DNA of 64,000 bases, from assembly GCF_003704095.1 (NCBI RefSeq), contig NW_020845647.1:434001-498000 (forward strand), in the 5' to 3' direction. Under the pieces are notes generated by a model. It was not told the DNA's origin and searched no databases. It saw only the letters and a program-made list of their open reading frames with translations. The stretch is from Pocillopora damicornis (Eukaryota). Of the stretch, positions 26,483 through 38,497 are shown piece after piece. Position numbers and translations under genes: made by a program. Numbering within the stretch: position 1 is the stretch's first letter; each line of letters begins with the position of its first letter.

Positions 26483-27782
26483 GTAAGTAACCTTCCTCTA
26501 GAGTTCAAGATGCTTGTAAAAGCTGTTTAACCAAGCACCATGTATTGAACGGCATTTCGTATAGTTGTAGAAAAATCCGGTACAGTCAATTTTACAGTTT
26601 TGTCTTTCAATTTTCAAGACCTTCATTGCATGAGGTCCAGGCTGAATTGTACTTGGTGATTTGCATGGCAATTGAATTTAAATAAACCTCCGATATCATG
26701 AAGAACGGCTTTTAAGCCTGAATCGTTTAAAAACACTTTAATGAAATATTTAACGAATATAAAAAGTATAACCGATCTGTACTTCTCTCCCTCTGAAGTA
26801 GATATAAGCTGTATCTCTAGGATTAAAAGTGATCTACTGCTTAAGTACAAACAGCTATGACAATCGTCTTTTAATGACTGGTAGCCGCACCCACGCTGAA
26901 AGTTAAGGAAAATACTCCGACGAGCTAAATCATCTTAAGTTTTAACACGAGTTTAACAAGACATTACATGGAATATAATTTATTTATCGAAATTAAATAT
27001 TTTCTTTATTTCTCGTTTGGCTCGAGATTCAAATCGGAATCGCAAGGTAATGGTCATATAAATCTGAGAACTATAATATCACTGCTAAACCATTTTCTTT
27101 GTTTACTTTGCTTGTAGCCATATTTCTGCGGAATTCACTTTCTCTTCCATTTTTCAGGTTTTTTTAGATGAATTTTAAGTCCCAAAAATGTCATAAATCA
27201 TGGTTTAAGTTGAGAACATTACTCGAAGCAGATAAAAATATTCAGTATAAACTTACTACACTCGAAAATGAACATTAAACAGAAGACCTATTCAAAGGAA
27301 CAAATCTGGTGTTTAGGAGCGCATGAAAAACCATGTAAGATTCGGTTATGCACGGCAAGAGCTGGGGAGAGAGAGAGAAAGAGAGAAGAGAAAGGTACCT
27401 CTTCAAGATATATGAGCCAGCGATGCTATAAAGGTTGCTAAGCTATAGCTAAGAGTCTTGACTTATCACTGATTCTGACACTGGTCTCACTTCTTATTTT
27501 GAATGCTGCTTTATCAATTTCGTATTGAAAGGGCGAGAACAAAACCCAGCTCTAGATAAAGAATAAAATTATCTTTAAAAAAAAGTTCCAATAAAAAAAA
27601 TGTAGATTTTCACGGGTAGGCGTCAAAGAAATTCAAAGTTAATCTTCCTTGAAATCAAAACAAAGTTTGTCTAGGATTTCATTTTGCTTTTGATTGAATG
27701 TATTCAAAGAAAAGGTGCTTTCTCTTCCTTAGAAACTTTTTGCATTCATTTGAAATATAATAAGAACAAAGAGCAAAAGTGA

Positions 27783-27998
27783 GAGGGTTTCAGTGGGGTT
27801 AACCGCTGGCCGTATAACAGCGACACAATTTATCAGCCGTTAGGAGTAAAAATTGACAAAATTTAACCGTAAGTCATAAAACAAATTAATTGTTACAATT
27901 TTTCTGGTGACAACAATGGAGAGATATTAAGCGTTAACAGTAAAGTGGCCAAAAGTTTAACCGTTAGCCGAAAAAGCCATCACCCCATTGAGACCCTT
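27783..27998. mobile_element. MITE with GAGGGT-type TIRs and 6-bp TSD AAGTGA
   Basis: Left GAGGGTTTCAGTGGGGT, right ACCCCATTGAGACCCTT, AAGTGA on both flanks. Internal AACCGT(T/A)A repeats. Confidence 0.8.
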
Positions 27999-30387
27999 AA
28001 GTGAAGATGTCACATACTGTCTGATCAAAGCGGCACCCAGTCCCCCCATTTCAACTTGACACGTCTAAAAAATTTTCAAAATCAAAGATCTCCAAAAGAG
28101 ATTTGACTTCAAACTGTGAGAGACTAGATTTGCGCGGGTATATTTTACTAACGAAGAGAGAACCCTTTGTATTCGTAATCAAAAGAAAAAATACTTGGTT
28201 TTTATGTTTATTGCCGAATTCCATACTTTTGAAAGACATGGCATGCTGCGGGAAAAAAGTAAAGTTAAACATAACATGTCCTTCTTAGGCAGAGAACTCA
28301 AAATGATAAATTATAAGTATGAGCCGCCATTTAGAAAACGTTTTATCCTCAAGGTGGGAAAAATGGGAAATAGTCCTTAGACTTAACAATATACATAGTT
28401 TTGAGAATTTAATGGCGAAAAAAACCTGTATATGTAGTTACACATTGATAAGACATATAACGGGTAGCTGATGTACAGCCATTATCATTGTATTGTGTAG
28501 ATACCCGAGTAAATTCCAAAACCCTGCCCGGGAAAATATGAAAATATCTTATGGACAAAAAGATATTTAAACTTAATTTAAGCTATGAAAATGAGAGAGG
28601 TTCTTTTGCTTCTAACCAGTTAAGAGCAATTTTAGCCTTTAATTATACAAAAGTGGAAAAAAGGATGTCAAATCGTAAAGGAAGAAAATGATGATTTTAC
28701 AGCAATATCACATCATTAAAATGTTAGTAGCTGCTTCTAACACTCCTACGATTCACTTATTTGATTGAAATACACCTCTCACTTTTCTAAAGATTCATAT
28801 GGTGGGCGAAAATGCGCGGGCACTCTGGAACTTCTTAGCCTTGTTGAGTGATTTTTACGAAAGTTCTTGAACTAGATCACCCTGGGGAAAATGAGGAAAT
28901 ACTCACCTAGTCTAGTCGATACTCTGCAAGGCATTTTGATTTTCATTAGCATGTCGGCTCGCCTTGCACGCAATGTGGCCTTGTATCAAAAATATGCTGA
29001 ATCATTTCCTAAAAGGCAACAGCATAATAGCAACCACAGGGAAACAAAGGAAAGAGAGTCCCTTTGGAAAAAACTCTTTCCGTGATACTTGCCGCATACT
29101 TACCCTGTGTGGTAGATATACCAGAACTGCCACCTGATATCGAGGAAGCTGTTTTGACTTTTCGTTATCAGTTCATACGGTAAATTTGCTACCACCAACA
29201 GTACGTTGTCTGCCTAAAGAGATGTCAGTTCTTCCATTACTGCACTTTCCAGCACTTTTTGACCAATAACTCAAACAAGCCAGCTCTAACTCATTGATTT
29301 ATAAATTGTGAATCAATGGAATGAAATCTAATCTGTGATAAACTATTAGCCAAAAAAGAATGCACGAGTAATGGTATCTACTCGATTTAAAACTGTCAAT
29401 GTAATTATAATTATAGCTTACATTTACTGCAACTCCAAAACCCTTTTCCACAGCAAGAAATTAACATTTCAGAGCATCATCTGACGCAAACATCACAATT
29501 TAATTGTGATTTAAATAGACCTCTCTTCATGCTGATTTTCAAACAACACAAGCTAATTACGAGCGTAGTTTCGCGGCGGGATCATTTGTCTTGATCCGTT
29601 CAATTATTTCAAAGTTTTCTAAACAGATTCATTACCGCCACACAAGCAGTCATTCACTTTGCAAAGCAGGTGTTCCTGTTTACATTATTATTTCGTTCAT
29701 TACAGCTACAGATATTTCTTACCACATACTCGGGTGATGCAGTAAGTTGAACGGTCAAAATGATTTTTGAAGATGAAAACTTTCCTTAGTTTATGTGAAG
29801 TTAATAGAAAACGATAAGATGGCAGTTTGCGTTTAAATCTCCAAGATCAGTGGGCAACCTGCAGGATGTATAATTTTGAGGATGAGACAAATAAAATTGA
29901 AGACCCAATTTCTTTTTTCGGCAGACCACGAGATACAATAATACAAGTGAGAATGTGGGAAAAGTGAAATATATTTTCCCGGGGGGCTTCTAGATGATGT
30001 GACGGGATTGTTCGTTCAAAATTTTTGAATGTAATTTTTAATTGACATCAATCTTAGGGTCAAGCTGTCTTTGACCCCTACTCTACTGACTATCTGACGG
30101 CTCAATTTTTATGATGTCGCAGTCTTTAATGTTACTTAGTATGAATTCTTTGTCATAGACTTCTATCTAAACAGTATAACGAGGCATGCTTGTCACCCTA
30201 AAAGACGCAGTGATAGCTCATAATATAAACGAAACTAGCGCAAAGCTAACATCGGTGATTTGCACTTAGCTTTTAAGCGACCTACACAACTAATATCCAG
30301 GTCATTGTTGTGACATATCCCCAGGGAATGGCACAACTGGAACAAAAGTGGCCTTTAATGGCGTTGACGCGCTGACTTCCCATAGGA

Positions 30388-30525
30388 CACGGAAGCGGAA
30401 AGTTTATTTTCGTCAGACAAAAGTCACAACAGCAGTTGTGATAGCTATTAAGCAGATTTGAAATTCATCGATTAAAAAACACCGTTTTTAAAGGACTTCC
30501 CACACACGACGAAGCATAAAAGGCG
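30388..30525 (+). promoter_or_regulatory. Conserved proximal promoter of F
   Basis: Homologous to 26150-26270. CATAAAA TATA-like box at 30515. Confidence 0.7.
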
Positions 30526-30619
30526 ACATTTAAGTACAAAGTGGTTCACATTATTCTGATTTGTGCACCCAAGTCAGTAAACCTGCACTGTGAATCTAGA
30601 AACATACGACATAACCAAC

Positions 30620-33600
30620 ATGAATTCAGGAGTTCCCATTCTTCTTGTGGTCTTCGTTTTAGTGGCCGTTTTTTGTCACAAGTGTGACGCTTTTACGGCA
30701 GGAGCAGGAATTTTCAACAAAGGCAGGGACAAGGGAACAATAAGTGAGGTACATAAATGTACAGTTTAGAAAAGCTGATGTAAATGACAATAATTAATGC
30801 TTTTGTCGCTTTTAGTTGGAAGTCTGCTTTGAGCATTGGATCCTTCTTAGATTTAAACGTTTTTCACCTATAAGGTTGAGGAATTCGACTGTTGAGTCAG
30901 TATCGTTTTAAGCAGAATAATGATATTAAAATGTTTGTCACAGAGCTATGCCAAAAGGAATTGCTCGTTTTGCTAATGGCCGCGCCCATTCTTATGTTAG
31001 AAGTTAGCAGGAATAATATGAATTTAAATATTCAAAGATGTTTTCAATCTGTCCTTTAGCCCTGGAGTATGGTTTGAATGGAAAAATAACAAGTCCCGAT
31101 TATGATTCACTTTAAACACCGTTACATTTTTTCAATAATTAGAAATACATTGAACCCTGACCGTTAAACATGCGACGATTGCAAGTAATGATTAGAAATA
31201 AGTTTTACGAAGCATCTCCGTCGAGCCCAAACTGACTGAGACAGTTGATACAACCTACGATTGAACTGAAAACGAAACCTTATATTTTTTGACATCATAT
31301 AAGAAAGAGATTATTCAGTCATCAAAACTATTATTTAAAATTAAAGGGAAGATTCCCACTAAGTTTACTCACAAATTGACTTCAAGTTTAACGCTCCATA
31401 AACAAGGCAATTGAGACTCGATCTCGAAAGCCCTCCTTGAATAGAAAGAATGGGTGTTCAGATCTGTGATACTTTTGTAGCCCCCTTCAGAACCTAAGGA
31501 GCATTATTCGGTTGGATGGAGTTTGGTTAAGCTGAAGCAAACATTACATTTCTGAACCTCTTGAAAACTTTTCAAAAACCCTTTCAGTACAGGAAGTTAT
31601 TACATTTAGTACTTTATCACCATCGAACTCTTCTTTTTATCGTTTACATCACCTTTATAAGGTTGAATAGTGCATTTCTCCAAGCCTACAATATTAAATT
31701 TGATCTTGGAGATCTCAAAAAAAAAACGAAAACCAAAAACATTGACAATTCTCGTCAACAATTCTCTGAGTTGGCACAAAAATGATAAATTGGTATCATT
31801 CAACCAATTTTTTTTTACTTTTTTTTAAAGGAAGAACAACCTAATCACTTGCGTTGTTTCTTTTTAAAATGCAAACATCATATTTACAAGTACAATGTAT
31901 TTATATTTCGGTGTCTCTAAACTTTTTCAAGCAGTAATCAATTTAGTGATTTTAGGCAAAACAGTAGACGTGATTGGGCTTTTGCTGAAATATAAAATCT
32001 ATGAAAGAATAGTTGATAGAAATCCACACAGTATGGAACAATTCAAACTGTCTGTTTTTTCACATTTTGTTTATCTAAACATAAGGAAATGTTGCTCATT
32101 TTACAATAACATAAATATTTAAACATTGAAGATGATGAAACATGTGTTTTCCTAATTCCAAGTAATTAGAAGTTAAATCTGGGTGCTATTGGTGGAGCGG
32201 AGACCAGAATCCGGACGTTAAAAATACTTTTCTTCCATCATTTCCTTGATGTGTATTTCGCCGACGCATTCCTTTCTTAAAGAGACTGTCAGCAAAGCCT
32301 GAGGCTTCTTCTTATTGCAATTGAATTCGTGCAAAGAAGCAATAATTCTCAGATTTGATGGATAAGTTATCTGACAAATCACAACTTCAATATGACGGAT
32401 ATTCCTAAGATTATTCCCTTGCACGACAATTTCCATATGAAGCAGGTGAATCTGAAAAAACTCATTGTCACAGCCAAGTAGTGGGAATAAGAAAATAATT
32501 TTTCCTTCTTCTTGAGTCAGATTATTGTCACAAAGAACTATATTGCACGCATCACTTTTCTCCGGACATACTTTGAAATGATTAAAAAATAAAGTAGTCA
32601 ATTTTATCTCGTTTGTGGCTTAAGGTTTTTCGGCAATCCAATCCTTAAAAACTATTTTGTAACATTTTTTGATAGACATTACATAGACCTAAAATAACTG
32701 CTAATAAGGTTGAAAAACGCGACTCCTGAAAGTCACAGCTTAAGGTCACTGCACGGAAAAGATCAGGCATTAATTCAGGTGTATACTTGTTATTCTTCTG
32801 TTTTTGAGTTCTTTACTTTTCATCATGACACTGATATCGCATCAAATCAAACACTGAACAAACAATTTGTGAAACTGACAGTAACACATATATTTCAGAA
32901 TTAGTTCTAAGAAAGTTAGATTTTTACTTTCTCTACTGGTCTGTTTTATTCACCCTTGGGTAACTGACTTGAAGCGCGTTTGTCAAGAACGATAACAGAT
33001 GTTGCAAAAACAAATTTGAATATAGAAAAAGTTTAGTGGCTTTAACGATAATTTTTTCAAATGCAAGTGGTGAGGGAGGAAGGTCAACCAAGTACGTAAT
33101 TGGTCATAAACTGAGATATTTCTCTCTCAGCAGGAGAACATGATTTATGTTCCCTCAAGAGGATTTAGAGACATGAATCATGAACATGATATGTACTTGA
33201 AACCGTATTTATTTCCTCCATAACAGCTTTCCTTCTGTGACATTACTCTACAACAGATATCTACTTTTTTGGTTCGGCAAAAAAAAAACAGTCATTATCG
33301 GCAAAAGTATGGATTTAAGTTAAAAATATGCATCAGTATTCAGGCAGGAACTGGGGTAATTTTGATTGCTTTAATGCATTCTTTCGGCAACTTGAGTCAG
33401 GCTAGTTATTCAACATTTGAGAGCAAAAAATTTCAGTCCTCTCATTACGAGCAGAGATCAAGTGACTCAGTATTACATGAGTGCCATATGACAATAAGAA
33501 TTTCCCATTGGCCATTGTTTTGATCTATGGACAGCTATCTCTTCAATCCAAAAAGAATTGTAACGAAAAATTGTTTCAGGAAAAAAAAACCAACTCATAA

Positions 33601-34125
33601 AATTAGTCTAATCGATCCACAAATCAATTTCTTTACTATGAAACGTTCTGCACTTGGTTGTATTCGGGTGTAATGGTTCCCATCTTCCCAAGAGGCAAAG
33701 AAATTGGATATTTTTTATATGGGAATCGTTGGGACTAGTTGTGAGGTCAGTCCATTGGACAAAACCCCCTGGCACTTTTTCAGACCTCCCCAACAGTTTG
33801 CACGCGATCCGTGGTACATCTTGGGTGGAGAGGGAAACCTTTCCATTTTTTATGTGAACTGCCGGCCGCGTTTCCCACCCTCTAATATCAGTTTAATGTA
33901 AGCTTGTATAAGTGATAGGGAAAAGTAACAGGGTCATTGGATTGTTCATGTAGTGGTTTTTTGTTATAATTTCAGTCCACCTGGCATCTAAAGCAGCTAA
34001 AGTACATCTGTGAAGCTGCCAAGGTGAGCTGTTCTGAGGTAAACGTGAGAAAGACTACAGAGACCAGGAGTGAGACGAAGGGAGGTGTACCAGACCATGG
34101 CGGACAGGGGATTGGAGACCAGTGA
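30620..34125 (+). CDS. Secreted peptide precursor F (exons 30620-30748, 33976-34125; 92 aa)
   Basis: MNSGVPILLVVFVLVAVFCHKCDA/FTAGAGIFNKG-R-DKGTISE|STWHLKQLKYICEAAKVSCSEVNVRKTTETRSETKGGVPDHGGQGIGDQ*. Donor GAG|GTACAT, phase 0 (a competing A|GTGAGG lies 5 nt upstream). Acceptor AATTTCAG. AATAAA at 34236 and 34271. Exon 2 C-x6-C matches that of H. Confidence 0.8.
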
Positions 34126-34589
34126 CGCAATGGTTTAGGAACTTAACGAACCACTCACTCTCAATTGAAGTGAATATGATCTTCTGAGATCTAGTGGAAC
34201 ATTGAGAGTAACAACATTAAAAGTACGATATGTACAATAAATATGGATAGTAGGTGTAATTTGAGGAGTAAATAAAGCGATTTATGAGCAAGAAATATTT
34301 CATTTATTCTGAGTTAAAGACATTAATTAATGGGGCGCACACGGTTTACGTGACTCCTTGAACAAGAAAAGGTACCAGAAGAATGATAGACAAAAGTATC
34401 AATAGGCGATTTGCTTAGGGTTAGTTAAAACAGAAGTCGCGATCTGTGAAAAAATATCATGGGCCAATTTTTGTGACAAGCAAAAGAAAAATCAAGAAGC
34501 GTGAAAAGAAGCGAAGAAGATCACGTGTGTACACAAACATTTGTATAATGACGTGTGCAACTATGACAACTGTAATCCCTCTGGCTTGC

Positions 34590-34822
34590 CGCCTGGTTGT
34601 TCGAAGGCCGATTAACGCTGAATCATTTAATCCAAGTTTCTATATTTCTCTGTTCAAAAGACGATTAGGGATAATTTTCTATATTCTTTTAAGAGCATCT
34701 AATTATCAAATTGTAGACAAAACAAATTTATACTGAGATTTCTTTTAAAAGCTTTCAGATCTGCAGTACAATTTTACACTAAGCCTGGGTTATCTTAAAC
34801 CTACTTTGAAAAACCTGGCTGG
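34590..34822. mobile_element. MITE-like element
   Basis: Imperfect inverted ends GCCTGGTTGTTCGAAG and CTTTGAAAAACCTGGC. Confidence 0.5.
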
Positions 34823-35599
34823 CTGCTGGTTTTGCTTTATTGTCAGAATTAGGATATTAGTTAATGAAACGTAAGTGGATTAGTTCATTTCATTCAAAAG
34901 GGAGAACAAGCCAAATTCTGGAAGCTTTAGTGAAACACAGTCGATGCCCGTAAGAAATGATCAATCTGTGGTTACGAGTTATTTTACGTGTAATCTAAGG
35001 AAAGTGTTGAGTGCAAACAAAACTCGAAATTGTACCTGGGTTAAGCTTGGGTGTGGACCCTGGTGTGCCTGTGATCGCCACCCCCTCCACCCACTGAGGG
35101 ATGATTTTTTTGTTTTTTCTGTAGATACGAGCCCACTGATATACGCGCGTAATGATTCGTGTTATTATATCGCTTGTAGCAATACGATGCGAAACCGGTA
35201 AGATGGGCCCATACCACCCGCTCGGGATTGCCTGCTTTGATTCCGCGCCAGAAAAAAATTGAGTCAGTACCAAGTTCGTAATTCGTGGACAATGTCGGTG
35301 ATGGAGACACACGAAGTGGCGGAAGACAATCAAAGTAAACAAAACATAAACGATTCCTATAACTTTATTTTGCTACAAACACAGTTGGCTTTCTTCCACG
35401 GCTGTCGAAGTAAACAAGCCATTCTTAATTCTTATTAAAGCGAAATCTTTTTGCCATACAATAAATCCTTAATTACCAAGCTTGTTCAATCAAGATGTCA
35501 GGACATTGGCTGGACATTGTCTCTGTCGTGAAGCATGACTTCCGCTGTGGAAGCCTTTGTTTTTATAGTGGATATTTAGATCGACGCCAGTATCTGAGT

Positions 35600-35693
35600 A
35601 ATTATGTACCTACCTCTCCCCTAACCCAAGCACGGTCAACTGATGACAATTAAAGGCTAATATTGAGCTAGGGGAGGGGTAGGTGTACAGTTG
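35600..35693. mobile_element. Short palindromic MITE-like element
   Basis: Inverted pair TGTACCTACCTCTCCCCTAACCCAA and TTGAGCTAGGGGAGGGGTAGGTGTACA. Confidence 0.7.
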
Positions 35694-36009
35694 TTCAGAT
35701 GCCGACATTTCAATACCTGAATGACTATGTGAGTACCGTGGGATATTTTGTTTGTGCCATGAGTTTCTCTCAGGCACAGGAAAATACCATTTGTAAGTAT
35801 TTATCCTTGCGGCGGTGCTTTATACTCGTAATTCTTGAACATAAGCATGCGTAGCATGAAATAGTTATTTTTGTTTTAGCTGGGCAGGTCGAGATGGGAC
35901 ACTTTGTGATCCTCGTGTTCTCATAACTTTCAAGAGAACGAAAATATCACATTACTTCGCTTTAAGAGAAAGAGAAAAAGCCTAATTTATCTAAACCCAC
36001 ACAGTTCAG

Positions 36010-36995
36010 CAGAAATTCAGTAGGGTGAACCGGTCAGCCTCGAACGCTCTGACCTCGAGGAGCAGCAGGAAAAGACGAGGAGGAAGATATGATGTTTAAG
36101 TACGATTCCCCAAGCAGTGATGAAGAATCGGCCAACGACGAGACCGCGTGTGGCGTTGGCGAGATTCCATCTTTACAACGAAGGCGAATTTTCTCCTCGG
36201 AAGAGTTTCTCGCTTCGGAAGAAGTATTCGCTCCAACAGCAGAATTTTGTTCAGTTAATTTTTCTTTATTTTCCTTGTTATGAAACTATGGATTGCCGTC
36301 ATCTTTTGTTTTTTTTTATACTTTTGTTGACATTGCTGTTCGTTTCTTTGATACTGACCTGTCTCTACTAATACGCTTTTCCATGATCGAAGTTAGACAG
36401 AAGGAAGTCGTGACTGCGACTAGCGTAAGTTATTCGTGCAAAACTTCGAAAACTTCTAAAATGAACAACGTCTGATCAATCCTGGTTGAGAAAAGGCCCC
36501 TTTAACGACTGCAAATATATGAAAATCATATATATGTAAACTGCGGTTGAAGAAATGATTATGAAAGCGATCCTCGCAGTTATGAACACTACTTAACTAG
36601 TAGTAAAAATGAGACCTGAAAAAAATTCAGGCCCGTACGGGATTTGAACCCATCACCTCTGTGATACCGGTGGAGTGCTCTATAAACTGAGCTAACAAGC
36701 CAACTGAGAGCTGGTCATTATGTTTGTTTTAAATAAACCCCCCCAAGTGATGAATAAATGACTGCATATGAAAATCATATAAATTTGAACTGCGGTTGAA
36801 GAAACGAATATGAAAGCGATCCTCGCAGTTAAGAATGCTACTTCACTAATAGGCCCTTTTAAATTGAGGTATTGGGCTAAGAAAAAAATTTATGAACGGA
36901 ATCGGGATTCGCCGGTATAAACCATCGGGAAGACGGGATTAAGAGAAAATTTTAGTGAGGATCACGGGATTGAAGAACCTTATTGAAGACCCTCA
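36010..36995. mobile_element. 5'-truncated second copy of the GAGGG TIR element, interrupted by a tRNA-derived repeat
   Basis: Matches 11650-12246 (ACCGGTCAGCCTCGAA, GGATTGCCGT, GTTATTCGTGCAA, GGGATTGAAGAACC..GACCCTC). Confidence 0.85.
36506..36850 (-). repeat. tRNA-Thr-derived repeat (tRNA-like part 36701-36629, GGT)
   Basis: A/B-box tRNA-like sequence flanked by directly repeated ATGAAAATCATAT..AACTGCGGTTGAAGAAA..GCGATCCTCGCAGTTA. Same family as 41400-41845. Confidence 0.8.
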
Positions 36996-37257
36996 AAGTA
37001 CGTGATGAAATGTAAGTTGTTTTACATGTACATCATGGGAAAAGAGGCGGAAAAACACGTTTTGTCTTAAAAATGATACCGAATAAAAAAAAAATGCGCA
37101 CCTTAGATATCCCGATAAATCTCGACCGATCTCTGCAAAGGCCACAACCACTCATATGAACCCAAAATAAGCCCAAAATTTCTGGTTAACGTCATTCTTT
37201 GTGCACAGCCCCCAAATTCTATGACTTCATTTACAAGAAACTGAACAATATCCAAAC

Positions 37258-37412
37258 GCTGTGATTGGTGCAAGATATCCAATTACGGCGATATGATTGG
37301 TGCGAGATACATAACATAATGCAACAATCTGATTGGTGCGAGATACATACTTTAATGCGGCAATCTGATTGATGCAAGATACATACCCTAGTGCGGCGAT
37401 ATGATTGGTACG
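37258..37412. repeat. 36-bp minisatellite, ~5 units, 4 with an intact ATTGG (CCAAT) box
   Basis: GATTG(G/A)T at 37263, 37295, 37331, 37367 and 37403. Confidence 0.9.
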
Positions 37413-38184
37413 AGCACCATACCACTCTACACGCTAACATAGGGTTATGTTTTCCCTAAAAAAATATTCAAAAACGCACACCCTTCAGGGGGTCCTTGCC
37501 GGTATCATTTTTAGAACACGTTATCAAACCCCTGCGGACTTTTGTTTCTATATGTTTGCTGACCATTGAGATCCACACAAGTGGAATTTTGCCAGGATCG
37601 AAGAGAACTGAGTGATACGGTACGAAATCTTGATGTGTGCAAAATAAATAAAATCTGCTAATTGTTGAATGTTTCTCAAACTTTTGGCGCGCGAGACTAC
37701 ACCGTCTGTTTGTTTTCAAGTTAAAGCGTGCGTATCCCTAAACCAGCCTTTTTGATTGATGTTTCACAATCGTGATATTCATTCCTTGTTATCATCACAA
37801 AGACTAGCTATCTACGCAATATTAAAGTATGATAATGGTTTTTAAAAATTTGCTTCGAAAAAATTCAATTGGCATCGGTTACACATATAAAGTGAACCAT
37901 CTATCAGACTTCTGTCCGTTCAAGTCGCGACTCAAGTAAGCTACGTTCGTTTAAATAGAGCAAGTCGCGCGTTATGTAATCATGTGCCGAAACTCCTACT
38001 CGTCTGTAGAATGTCCCCTGTTGTGTGATAACGGATGCACAATTTGGTGGATTTACGAGCGTAGAATAGAATGGACACAATTGTGAACAGCTTTCGTGTA
38101 CATGTCTTCATTGTTCCAACATCATTGTTATGTGAATGTAAAGGTAGTAAAATGGGCAATCTTCTTCGAAAAGGAAATTTATCT

Positions 38185-38497
38185 GGAGCTGGACAGAGCT
38201 CTTATCATTATCTTCTCGCGCAAACCTATCATAAAAAAACTGAAATATTCACTTCAAGTCTAAGTGAGAGTGATTGAAACGCGGCAGGGCAGTGAAAATA
38301 GCGGAGGTACAGACACAGAAGAAACAAGTTGAAGCTGGAAAGAGCCGTTATCATTATCTTCTCGCGCAAAATCGAATAAACCTATCATGAAAAACTGACA
38401 TATTCTCTTCAAGTCTAAGCGAGAGTGATTGAAAAGCGGCAGGTTAGTGAAAATAGCGGAAATGTGGACACAGAGGAAACAAGTTGAATTTGGAAAG
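38185..38497. repeat. ~150-bp direct tandem duplication
   Basis: TTATCATTATCTTCTCGCGCAAA..TTCAAGTCTAAG..GTGAAAATAGCGGA..GAAACAAGTTGAA occurs twice. Confidence 0.9.

Noticed and set aside
31831-31920. Acceptor followed by EEQPNHLRCFFLKC.. as a possible exon 2 of F
   Set aside because: Low-complexity AT-rich sequence; the exon at 33976 fits the family motif and polyA signals much better.
32218-32601. 127-aa minus-strand ORF in the F intron
   Set aside because: Non-ATG start, no motif or splice context.
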